DNA from: Phoronis australis
Taxonomy: Eukaryota > Animalia > Phoronida
Length of the DNA stretch: 64,000 nucleotides
Assembly (NCBI GenBank): GCA_002633005.1
Contig: NMRA01000491.1
Location: forward strand, 142,809-206,808
Direction of reading: 5' to 3'
In this document: piece after piece, positions 12,062 through 23,711 of the stretch
Layout of the letters: the number at the start of each line of letters is the position of its first letter
How positions within the stretch are numbered: position 1 is the stretch's first letter
Notes under the pieces: model-generated
Told to the model about the DNA's origin: nothing
The model's database searches: none
What the model saw: only the letters and a program-made list of their open reading frames with translations
Made by a program: the position numbers and the translations under genes

Positions 12062-12625
12062 CTATTCATGTTCAAGACTATGTAGCAGCAAACATAGATT
12101 CACATTCAATTACTATATTCAATTGGCTAGTTAACCCTGTGTAATTGATAGCCTTCATCAACATACATACTAGGGTCCCCATATCTCTTGCCTGAGGATG
12201 ACTGATGCTGTGCTTATACAAAGCTTGTACAGACATAACAATAATAGCCTATTAGCATCCTTTATTTAAGGCCAAACTAGAATTCACATTCTGCTGGTTA
12301 CTGTTAGGCCAAGGCATAGATTAAATACAAATAAGTATTTAATCTATGAGCAAGGTTTTCTGAAACTCAGTTATAAAATAAATTTCACCAATTCATGAAG
12401 GACAAGTGAAATTTTATTATTTTCATTTTTTCAACAAGTTCTCTGCCATAGTTACCGTACACAATATTTTGAGAAATTGTAGACATTCAAAACAATGGTA
12501 TCTAGAAGTGTTTGAAAATTTGACAATTATGAAGTTTTACCATACTACAGACATGGCTTGCACACTGAACATTTTCTGAGACGCGACTCTTAATTCAGTT
12601 CACTGAGCCAGTGTGTGTCACTTAC

Positions 12626-12732
12626 GTGAAGTTTCTTGAGCAATAGGGCGTCTGTTGAGCTTTGTTTTGAAGCCTTCCAGAACTGTTTTTGAGCAGAGTA
12701 TCTACTCATAGGGCAGATCTTGAACAAGCAGT
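12626..12732 (-). CDS. ITPR: Inositol 1,4,5-trisphosphate receptor, coding exon 3
   Basis: ttgcag|AC...CAC|gtaagt. Encodes (D)[35 protein letters not shown], matching ITPR1 [21 protein letters not shown]...TDAVLLNKLH. Phase is consistent with exon 2. Confidence 0.96.
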
Positions 12733-12764
12733 CTGCAAACATCACAGAGAAGAAATGGTGGTTT

Positions 12765-13262
12765 GTTGAACATTGATTATCAAACAGGAAATAGTGAACA
12801 GTGGTGTGATAAACAACGATCAAGACATAGGAAATAATGAACAGTGGACTGTTGAACATTGGTCAACACACAGGAAATAATGAACAACGGCCTGTTGAAT
12901 ATATGTCAACACACAGGAAACAGTGGTCTGTTGAACACTGGTCAAGACACAGGAAATGATGAACAGGGTCTCATGAACATTGGGCAACACACAGAAAATA
13001 GTGACCTGTGGTCTGTTCAACATTGATGAAGACACAAGAAATAATAAGCAGTGGTCTGTTGAACATTGGTCAACACACAGGAGAACAATGGTCTGTTGAA
13101 TATTGGTCAGCACACAGGAAATAGTGAACAGTGGTCTGCTGAACACTAGTCAACATACAGGAAATAGTGAACAGTGGATTGTTGAACACTGGTCAGCACA
13201 TAGGTACTAGTGAACAGTGGACTAAACAACACACAGACATAATGAAAAAGTGGACTGCTGAA
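12765..13262. repeat. ~43-bp tandem repeat (CAGGAAATA[A/G]TGAACAGTGGTCTGTTGAACATTGGTCAACACA), about 11-12 degenerate copies
   Basis: Directly visible periodicity, e.g. units starting near 12828 and 12871. Intronic, abutting the ITPR exon 3 acceptor. Confidence 0.9.
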
Positions 13263-14560
13263 TAATGATTAAAAACTAAACTGCTCAAATTCTTGGGGGG
13301 TTAGGGTGTTACAATAACTGCTCAGATTGGCAGCATGAGCCACATCAGTCAACATTATGAATTTCCATAGTATCTAGCAGTGACAAGACTACCAGGATTA
13401 AAAGCTACACTCTGGACATTCAGTTGTGCAATAAGTTTGGGGATTCAAACAAATTTTGCTCCTCAAGCAAACAAATCAACCCAAAACAGAGGCCCTGGAT
13501 TTCTGCGATAACAAAAAATGGACAGAATTCGTTTACTTCAGTAATAGATGCCTGATTTTATTTACTTTTGGTTTATAATTATTGTAAATTAAAACATTAA
13601 TACATCCATCCACAGCCAATTCTAAACATACTTTTCTTAATCAACAATCGTTTCAAAGCAGGCACATTCAAGCAGTTTCACCTATGTTCTGAAGGAGATG
13701 CTGTTCTTTTTACGGTTTCTGTTAGCTGAGAAACCGGGCTACAGCACGTTATCATAACGATCTGTAGCCTAAGTGTTCAGATAGCAGAAGAATAGGAAAG
13801 ATTTTTGTATTCAGCTTACAGAGTCCACAGTGCCAAAGGCACATGTAATACAAGGGTTGTGCTGAGACTTGGTTAGCTGAGTCATACTTTTTGTTGTCAC
13901 CTTTATGCTAAACACACTTTAAGAACATAAAAACATAATACTAGTTTCTGGATTCAAGAAATTACTCTGAGTAGAAATTATATGGCAGAAATTTAGCACC
14001 AGAAAACTGTTTGCGCAACTGGGGAGAACCAATGTCTTCAAGATGGATGTCTTCAAGATGTTGGTTTCAGCTCAGATAGAAGTCCCAGCAAGCACTTCAC
14101 AATGAAAATTCTCTGATAAGGCATCAACAGAGAATTTATTATTAACTCAGCCCCTATCCATCACTAAGTAAAGTGGCTGATGTACCAGATGCATCTCAGT
14201 AACCCAAATGGCTGCAAGTCCTGATTATGTTTGCCAGCGTTTTGTGGAACTCAGCACAATATACCTATGCAACACCATTGCAGTTCAACAAAGTTAAATT
14301 TTCAAATAAAATAATAATTGCACTGCATCTTTATCCAAATTCACAGACATTTAAAACGGGCTCTCTAGGATGACAACGACTCTTCAAATTATTGTAAATG
14401 GACAGAATTCACGCAGTAAAACATGCTGCAGCTTATCATTCATAAAAAAAGAAAAAATACAACTTTGACTTTTAACATAAACTTATTGCACATTCAGTTC
14501 ACAAAACATGAATAAAACAAGATTTATGAGATATGATTACACAAAGTCAAAGAATCTCAC

Positions 14561-14631
14561 CTCTGAACTTCTTGGGAGGGTCTTGAAGATCACCAGTCTC
14601 TGGTTGGACAACACACCTGTCATCAATCAAC
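14561..14631 (-). CDS. ITPR: Inositol 1,4,5-trisphosphate receptor, coding exon 2 (71 nt)
   Basis: cag|G TTG ATT GAT GAC...TTC AGA G|gtgag. Encodes (G)[23 protein letters not shown](D), nearly identical to ITPR1 [24 protein letters not shown]. Confidence 0.96.
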
Positions 14632-14716
14632 CTGCCAGGTAAGAACAGACACAAATGAAAACAGAACAACTCATCTAATAGTGACAACATTCAACCAGAG
14701 GAGAAACTAGCAACAA

Positions 14717-16160
14717 CACGGGTGAGAAACAACATGACCGCCGGTCCTCTAAATCGGATTGACTCACCCAAAACAGGACCTCCGGGAATCAAATGGGACC
14801 TCCGCACCAGAAAATGGGACTGACGCACCTAAAAACATGACTGCCCCACCGCAAAACAGGACCGCCGGGGACTGAACATGACCGCCGGACAAAATGTAGT
14901 TATCAAGACCTTTGTATGATATTGCGCGTTATGACGTAACCGGTCAGCTAGCTGTGAAAAGACTCGCCAAAATAAAACTTGGTAGCACTGCGTTATTGAG
15001 CTCCCGTTACATCCCCGAAATTTCCCACAGCCCGGGTATAGTTCTGCTCGTCACCTAGTCACGTGAAACTTATATCAACAAGTAGAGCTAGCGAGCGGAG
15101 CAGGCGCATGCAAAATCTAGGAGTCAATCAACACTCACCTTGCAGGTTGCAGCCGCTTGAGTAAAAACAATCTAATGAAACCATTTGTTTGCCTATTGTA
15201 ACAAAAGTTTGTTGCGCTTGTGACATGAACACGCGCCATTTCCTAAAATTTTGCGACATCTTTCAGAAGATGATGACTCAACTAAGCAGCAGCACCGATT
15301 TGTTATGAAATTCAGTTTGCTGGTATTAAAATACTAAAAACTTACGGCGAAATGAAGCCAGTTCCGATAATTTGTTGTGCCGCGTACGCAACGTAGAAGA
15401 AGAGAAGAAGAGTTGACTGAAGAATCTTTGAAAAAATGAACTGGTCAATGTTAGCCGACCTAAAAGAACGCATCTCAAGCAGAATAACAACAGAACGACA
15501 AATTTTCCCGGCGAGCGCCGATAAATAATTTAATTTACTCTAGGAAGAGTGTCGTTAGTAACACTAATTCGGTGAAGATTTTATATGTGCAGTGTTTTAC
15601 CCACATCGGCGCCAAGTATATTTAGTATACTGCTTTGCCGCACAAAGGCTAGTTATGATGCTTCATCCAAGAACCAGAACGCCCGTTTTAAGTTTTTTTT
15701 CTTGACTAAAATGTCACATTGGAGAAAACAATTTTCATTTTGTTCTAAAACTTACGCAGTGGATAAAGTTAAAATTATTTACCTCAAAAGCGTGCAGCGT
15801 GGTTGGTTTGTGGTTAAAACTCAAAAGCGCCGCGTGTTACAAAGCAAAGTGTCCAGTAGCGCACAAAAGATTTCGTTGGATTAATTGGCACAAGACCTGC
15901 ATATGCATACCTATTATAGCTCCATTGTATGATCTGTGTAGGCCTACCGATAATAAATCTTAGCTTGTTTGTCATTGCGGTTTCAATCCCTGGCGGTCAT
16001 ATCAGTCCCTGGCGGTCCTGTTTTCTGGTGGGGCGATCATGTTTTAGGTGCGTCAGTCCCATTTTCTGGTGCGACGGTCCCATTTGATCCCCGGACGTCC
16101 TGTTTTGGGTGAGTCGGTCCGATTTAAGAGGACCGGCGGTCATGTTGTTTCTCACCCGTG
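14717..16160. mobile_element. Non-autonomous DNA transposon with CAC...GTG termini and ~170-bp TIRs (CMC/EnSpm- or Transib-like)
   Basis: CACGGGTGAGAAACAACATGACCGCCGGTCCTCT at the left end and its reverse complement ending at 16160. TIRs are built of ~21-bp subrepeats. Flanked by AACAA on both sides. No transposase ORF. Confidence 0.9.
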
Positions 16161-17568
16161 AACAAGCATCTTCATACCAGGCTCACAAGAGTGGCAAAAG
16201 CCCGTTAACAGTTTCCAGAAGTGAAAAAACAAAAAATGCCAGGTTTAGCAAGACAGATGTTCAAAAACAGCTAGTTTGTTCATTGAACTGATTTAATTTT
16301 TACAGAAGAAATGTCAAGCACATACACTCACTAAAATAAATTGAGAGAAAAGCACAATCTTTCTTCCCCAGTGTAAGTGTGTCCTGTGACTGTGGTTTAA
16401 GGATAATTAAACCAGGTGCAAATTGCCAACTAAAGGAACAGCAGTGCAACTATTTGCGTTTTCCCAACTAGAAACAGTGATGTAATTTTATAGACAGTTT
16501 TTGAATTGGGAATTGGTGATTTTACAAGTTTCTTTGTTTCATAACCAACAAAGTAATATTGCTACTTCCTGTAGATCTTTGAAATGGTAATGTTAAAGTG
16601 CCTGAGAAGAGAAGGCCCTAGTTTTCCCTGCGGGGAAGGTGCCTGTGTCTTCTGAGAGGGGAATTTTTTGGGGTGAGGGGAAAATTCTACGATCATCATC
16701 AATAGCACTCCCACCGTGCTGCAAGCCTTCACAGGCTCTGCCTCAAGTAGCCAAAACCAACATTCTGCGCTCTTTCAAATAGTCAACTATGTGAGTTACA
16801 AATGATTTAAACTTCAAGAGCAATTTTTGGGCCTCACAAGTGGAATTTCGCGTGTTTTTTCAATATATTTTTGGGGAGGAATGAGGTAGATATTCGGCCC
16901 TGAAACCGAGGGATTGAGGGCCCTTCCTGAGCCCATGCTCCTACCCAGTGTTAATCAGTTTGTAAATCACACATGTTAGCATTGCTTATATTGCACCAAA
17001 ACACTAGGGATCAAGTGGAGGTTGGACAATGCTAGAGGCATCTACATAGTGCCAACTTGAGAAAGTCTTGCTTAAAGTTGGTGAGTTGAATGTTTAAGTC
17101 TTAGTTATCACAGCAAAATGCTACATCAAAACAGATGTCATACAGTTATTAGAATTGAAGACTTATGTACATGCTCCAGTGTACTGCAGATCATGATGTA
17201 ATTAATATCTCAGACCACAATCCTCCGAATGAGTTAGCATCATGCGGTAAAGTGTGACACAATAGCTATTGAACATCACATGATATAATGATCAAATCAA
17301 CTTAATTTCTGGACAGATATCACATTTATTAAAATGTCACAACACTCCCCATATGAAAACCAGACACTATCAATTTGTACAAAAGTGTACTGTCAAGAAT
17401 GTAGAATTCGAACTAAGTGACATAAAGTGATCAGCAATACAAAAATCCAAAATGGATTCCGCAACTCCTTTGAGAAAAGACAAAATGGTACAGGTTTTGA
17501 TTTCATACCTACAATCTACAAGCTTAGTGCCCATGGTGCACTTCTCCCATTTCATTGGTACACAACAA

Positions 17569-20550
17569 CAGGGCTCGACATAACGAGCTGCAGGTCGCAT
17601 TTGCGACCTGAAATTTGGAAGTGCGAGCTGAGATTTTTGCAAGCTCGTATCAAGTCGCAAAATGAGACCTAAAATTTCCAACGTAAGCGAGCAGATACCT
17701 GGCAAATATAAAGCAACTTTTATGAATCTGACCGTTATTTGGTTGTTGCTAAATCAAGTTCAAAAGAACACTAACAGAGAACAGTCCTCCCGATGACTTG
17801 TAAGCGTGTCGCTTGAACACATCAATGATATAATGCACAATACATCTTTGACGCGTTTCACTGGCTAACACTTTCGACTACTTTTGCAAATTTTCAGATG
17901 TGCCAGGGCTCAACATAACGAGCTGCAGGTCGCATTTGTGACCTGAAATTTGGAAATGCTAGCTGAGATTTTTGTCAGCTCGTATCAAGTCGCAAAATGC
18001 GACCTGGAATTTACAAAGAATGCGAGCTGAGTTGTTACACTTCTCATCAGATACCTGGCAACTATGAAGCAACTCTCGTTAATCCGACCCTTATTTGGTT
18101 GTTGCCAAATCCAAGTTCAAAAGAACACTGACCGAGAACTGCCCGATCCCGATGACTTGTAAGCAAGTCGCATGGGATATGCAGAATTGATCTTTGACGC
18201 ATTTCATTGACTAACATTTTCGGCCACTTAAGCAAATTTCCGAAAGTTTCGGGCCACTGCATAACACGTGATAGAATGTCTCAAAACGTCTATCCACGTC
18301 AATATCCCTGATATCACTGCACTGCGGAAATGTCGGTCCCGTTGTTAGCATGCAAGCGGTCCTGACAGACAATCGTGACTTAGAGATGTGCGTCTCACTT
18401 TTATCGAAAAAGACAGCCAAATTAAAAATGGTAACCCTATTAATCACTAAACAACGGCTATGTCTGGGGCTCGAACTTCTGGACCTCGCACTATGGGGAG
18501 CTAACGGTGGACTAAAAAAAGCGAAGCCGTTTGCGCAGGCCATCGGGCATGTGCTATAGGGTCTGTGCCCCCACTCAGCTGCATGTTAAGTACAGGGATT
18601 ACTTAGTGGACTCAATTTCCTCGCGCTCTTCCTGTTTTATTTTTTGCCAGCAGCAAAGGGGGAGGGGCAGGCCCCCCTAAATCCGTCTATGACTTGTTTC
18701 TGGGGCTACTTGGAAGGTATTGATGAGTAAACTTCCCGTTACCTGATGGAAACCCAAACCGAGGCAGTCGCCAGGAATTATTTCGAGGCTATTCATTTCA
18801 TGGAAAACTAATTGTTGAGTACGTAATCAGCATAAGTACCACATTTTTGCTGCAAAATTTGCTCTGAATTGTTCCCGCGCATCCAAATTAGGTCATTCGG
18901 TTAGGGCATCGTTTCACGGATATTTTTTCGACAGATGTTTTTCCAACGTGGAATAAGTTGCAAAATTTGGGCTGCGAACAAAAAGTGGAGGGAATTTGCA
19001 CTCCGAGTTAGTTGGAATCTTTAACGACTTTGATGATACCCAGTAGCAGGTCAGACCTAGCAAAATCCTGGATACTTCATCATCTGGCATTTTCTCCCAT
19101 TTTACATCTCAAACTTAGCTACTCGAATGCACGTGTCAGTTAGAGAGCACTCATTCAACTTTCACGTCGGAAACTTGCCTTGCGCTCTACAGCTTTTCAA
19201 TGACGGTCGTGAAGAACAGTAACGCCATAGGCTACCTACATGAACGAAGTCAATTTTGCGATCTGAAATTTGTGAATAATTAACGCTGCAGGTAAGAGCA
19301 TAACCTAAACATTTTCTCGATGATCCAAAAATCAATGGTGGGAAAATTTTGCGACTTATTATTTACGAATGCGAGCTGGATTTTGAAAATGCAACCTGGG
19401 ATTTTGGCTGGGTTGCATACTGCGACCTGGCGATTTTAATAGCGTTGAGCCGTGTGCCGAAGAAAGTTTCGGACCACGGCATACATGTGATAAAATGTCA
19501 AAGAACAGCAATGCTTCTATTAATTCTTAAACAATCAAAAACATTTATTTTACATGTACGATGTCCTTATTATTGAATATCTACGACAATAACCCTGATG
19601 ATCGCACTGCGGCACTGTTCAGTCTTGTTAGCGCGTGCAAACATGAAAATTACAACCCTATTAATCGCCGAATGACGCTAACATCTTTACTTTCAGCAGT
19701 TTTGAGTCACCCAAAAATTCTCAAGCCCTTTACTTGTTTCTGGGGCTACGTGCGTGACATGTGAGACGCCTGTCACATGTTGTTGCCAACATGTAGGCCA
19801 AAGAGAACAGCAATAGTCCTAAACGAAAGAGTATACCAGCTTGGCTCTGTTAAGCACCCGCATGGTAATGGTTGATTTGACAAAGAACTTAATAGATTCC
19901 AGGCTGTTATAAAAAACCCGATGCTTTACGATATTCCCCGGGGACGATATAGCAAGCTATTGCAACTAAACGGCTAGATGCAAAATTGTGGTTAGTGAAC
20001 TTTTTGTTCTTCTCTTCATATACATCCCCTCCGCCAATTTTTCCCTTCCCCGACCTCGCCGTAAAATTTTTCAGAGTCCAATAGAAAGAATCTTGTTCCG
20101 ACTGAAGCAGGCAATTAAAAAGCAAAATTATTCCAGATGACTGCGAACAAAAAATGAGGGAGAGTTACTTTGAATCTTTAACGACTTTGATGACAGTCAT
20201 ATAGCAGGTCAGACCCAACAAAATTGCAGAAACTTTTTCAGAGAGTACTTTCTCCCTTTTCACATTGCAAACTTAGCTACTCGAATGCACGTATCGGTTA
20301 GAGAGCCCCGATTCACCTTTCACGTCGGCACCTAGCTCTGAGCTCTAGATCCTTTCAATGGCAATTATGAAGAACAATAACGCTGTATCTGCATGTAAGA
20401 ACTCAATTTTGCGACCTGAAATTTGTGAGAAATTAATGTCGCAAGACCATAAACTAACTAGCATTTTCTTGAGGATCTAAAAAATCAATTTTGGCGCGTA
20501 AAAATGATGGAAAAATTTTTGCGACCTGGCATTTATAAATGCGACCTGGA
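17569..20550. mobile_element. hAT-like non-autonomous element, outer copy; far end eroded; inverted relative to 23712-25898
   Basis: Begins CAGGGCTCGACATAACGAGCTGCAGGTCGC. Once the nested copy is removed it is collinear with the reverse complement of 23712-25898. Confidence 0.85.
17904..19452. mobile_element. Nested copy of the same hAT-like family with 5-bp TSD TGTGC
   Basis: Starts CAGGGCTCAAC and ends ...AATAGCGTTGAGCCG (slightly damaged TIR). TGTGC at 17899-17903 and 19453-19457. The host sequence rejoins seamlessly with one TGTGC. Confidence 0.85.
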
Positions 20551-21039
20551 CCAAATATTGGAAAACCTAGACGACCTATTAGCTTGGTATGTGATCTACA
20601 TACTACCTGACATGCTGTAAGATGACTAGAATGTTGCATTTTTGGCCTGGAAGGCCCACTGATGCAATGTCCTTGACAACCAACCCATAACTCCTTGACA
20701 ACCAAGCTGTTTGAATATGTCCAGTTCCTCACTGGGTCACAAGGTGAAGTGTGCTTTTAAATGAGATTGTTTATATTATGATGTGGGACTAAGCAAGCCA
20801 ATCAGCAGATTATAACAATAAGATGGTTCAAGACATTAATCAGCAAATATTTCTCTCTTGTCTTAACAACCATTGAATGATGCACTTGCCATTGCCTTAA
20901 TTAATGACCACAGTTCTATGCTCATCTACACTAGAGACATTTTCAGCACACTGAACCAAACAAGGATAACAGCTGACTGAGCTGAGCCAAACCAACATTC
21001 TATGAATGGAGAAAGGTGGATACAAGGGGCTGTATCCAT

Positions 21040-21370
21040 AACACGTGATAAAAACTGTACATTTAGGGACAGCGAAAAATTAGTTATTTTGGTCAAGGTC
21101 GGAGCTCGTGACAATATTTCGACATTCGCAATACTGGCCATCCCAAATTCACGGATCACGAGAAAGACGAATTTTGCATTGGCAGCTATTTCCAATGATT
21201 TTGTATCCTAGACTTTGTTGATACAAAATGCAGTGTCCAATATTTAAGAAATATGACAAACGCCAAAATTACCCATATCGCAACCTTCAGAATCAAGAAA
21301 ATTCAAGTTTAGCTCGAATTTCAGTGTCCTAGATTTTAGAGACTGTCCCAAACTGGAGAATTTTACCGAA
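21040..21370. repeat. Old interspersed repeat (MITE-like), related to ~22200-22577
   Basis: Shared block AATATTT..GAAATATGA.AAA.GCCAAAA.T.CCC.TATC.CAA.CTTCAGAATCAA...TTTTAGAGA.TGTCCC...TTTTACCG in both copies. Confidence 0.55.
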
Positions 21371-23711
21371 AAAATTACCACAACAGAACGCCATCTTGGT
21401 AGACAGCAGCATTAGGATATTTCGACAGCGTGGGATAGCAGAGACTAACTTGTTTTAAAAATTCCACGCTACAACCACTAGAACTCATACAGCCTACGAT
21501 GTTAAAATGTGACACAGATCAGTTTCATAGTGTTTCGTTGTTGAGTATAGAAATTCGGGAATCAGTTGAACACGGAGTTGAACAAAGACAGTGGCTAAGA
21601 ATTGCAGGCCATTTACCAGACATGAGTGCTTCCTCTCAAGTGACAGCCAACAAGTGATTTGACAACCGCCAAGTACTGCCCATAAGTGGCCACGTGACAT
21701 AAAATGCCTGCCAGTACCCCGACGAAGGGCCCAGGACAGCCTCGAAAGATGAAATGTTCAAGAAAATGGATCGTAATTTAATAAACCCTCTTTTATAAGG
21801 TGGTCTCTTTCCTCAAGCAAAAAGGGCGAAAAAAATGATCAACCCCTTTTATAATAAGAATTGTTAGGGAATAAATCAGCTATTCTGAAGAGACTCACAG
21901 TAAGATATTTCAAATTAACTAAAAAGGATGGTTGAAATGCCCTAAAGTTATCAGTTGTCAATATCAGTTTGAAATTATTACAGTTTTGCATTTCCCAGAT
22001 CCAGTGACAAGCTTACCAGGATGAAAATTCCACAGAAAATAACCAGAGGCATGCATGTCATTACTTGTCTCTCAATACCCAACTTTGGAGTCTGAATTTG
22101 AAAAAGATTTCTCTGTTTTGCATAAGTGATTAAAATAAATTTGGACTGTCCCCTGAACGACATGACCTAGAAAGCTGTCAAATGTTTAGCCAAGCTGACT
22201 TGACAGCAGTAAATGGTAAAAATTCTTCAGTTTAATAGCCTTGCTCAAGGTCAGACCTTGTACCAAATTTTGGAAACAGGCAGGACAGGCTGTCTCAAAT
22301 TCAAGAAGTACGATCAATGGAAAAACTATCATTTATGTCCATGTCAATGTCACACACTGTGGGATGCATGAACATGTTGTCCTTGCGGATATTTTCGATG
22401 ATTTTTATGAGTTGACAAGTCCATTTTCAGACACAGCATGAAATGCAAATATTTTGAGAAATATGATAAATGCCAAAACTGCCCTTATCCCAATCTTCAG
22501 AATCAAAAACAATAAATTTTGGTTTGATTTTCAAAGTCCCAAATTTTAGAGAATGTCCCTGGTGATTTTTTACCGTATTTAAAGTTTGGTCATTGCATTT
22601 TTTCTAGAATTTTCAATTAAAGTTTAGTACAGGATCAGCAGCACGTACATCAGGTGGGGCTAGCGGTCACCACTGGAAGCTGGTTTAAATTATTCTCTGA
22701 ATATCGTAGACTGTTTTGTTAACTTTCTGGTTTTACAAGTTAGGTGTAGTAGCTAGCCACAGTTTGTACAGGGTGTAATAAAATGATCTGGCCCACTGGT
22801 ACAGGGTGTCATAAAATGATCTGGCCCACTGGTACAGGTGTGACAAAATGATCTGGCCAAACAGTAGGTGTGTACAAATGAATACAACTAAGAATGAAAA
22901 ATGTCTCCTTATTTTTGAAAAGTGCAAATAATTTGCCATGGGTTTCATTTCTTCTTCAGTCACCAAAATGAACTGGATAGGCACTTTCATGCTGAAAACA
23001 TTGTAAACAACCAATCCCATGGAATGGCATTGTTTATGATCTATAGTAAAGATTTCAGCAATGAAAGCATAATGCTCCCCCATTCAATCCAGTTTGGCAG
23101 CTGAAAAGGAAATGAAACAAAAGGGTATATACATAGCTGGACAATAGAAACTCATTTTTGCACTTTTAACTCGATACAAATCTGCCGAATTCATTCACCT
23201 TGCTCCAGTTAATGAGTAAAAAGCAAACTAGTTTAAGTACTCATCCAAAGCACGTCATGAGACACATTAAGAGGCAAAACTAAACGTGAGGTTTTAAGAA
23301 TGGTAGGACTGCAACTGGAATATAAACTAATGCTGAAGTCTCCTCAACATGAGCTATGGTTCAGCAGGGACAGATTGAGCTTTTATATGACAGGCAATAA
23401 TTGCTGGTACTTACATTAACAATAGGAGACAGACACAATTTCCACACTCCCAGAAGCTTATAAATGCATTTAACATAACTTTACTTTCATAGGCCTTCAA
23501 CACATCAATCAAAAGTAAAAATGAAAGCCACACATCAAAGAGGACATATTCAATATTGTCAGTTTGCTTCTATATGAAGCTCAACTATTAACTTACCAGT
23601 GTTCAAGGCAGTGCACTGGTTCCTGCCTTGATCTACCTCAAATTATTTGACAGGCTTTTGTGGTACCTAACTGTTTACTTTGGTGAATCTGTGAGTGTAG
23701 TAATATAAAGA

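Noticed and set aside
1-12600. ITPR exon 4 (HAADLEKKQN...-like)
   Set aside because: No matching exon found on the minus strand; a cag|GCA GCA GAT at ~5290 hits a stop at once. It probably lies outside the window or in the gap.
12765-13262. CRISPR-like array (partly palindromic repeats)
   Set aside because: Units are contiguous with no unique spacers, there are no cas genes, and the context is a eukaryotic intron. The same applies to the 27-, 28- and 45-bp arrays.
14717-14770. RAG recombination signal (heptamer/nonamer) in the CAC-terminal TIR
   Set aside because: The heptamer is CACGGGT, there is no ACAAAAACC nonamer at 12/23 spacing, and the two TIRs are symmetric.
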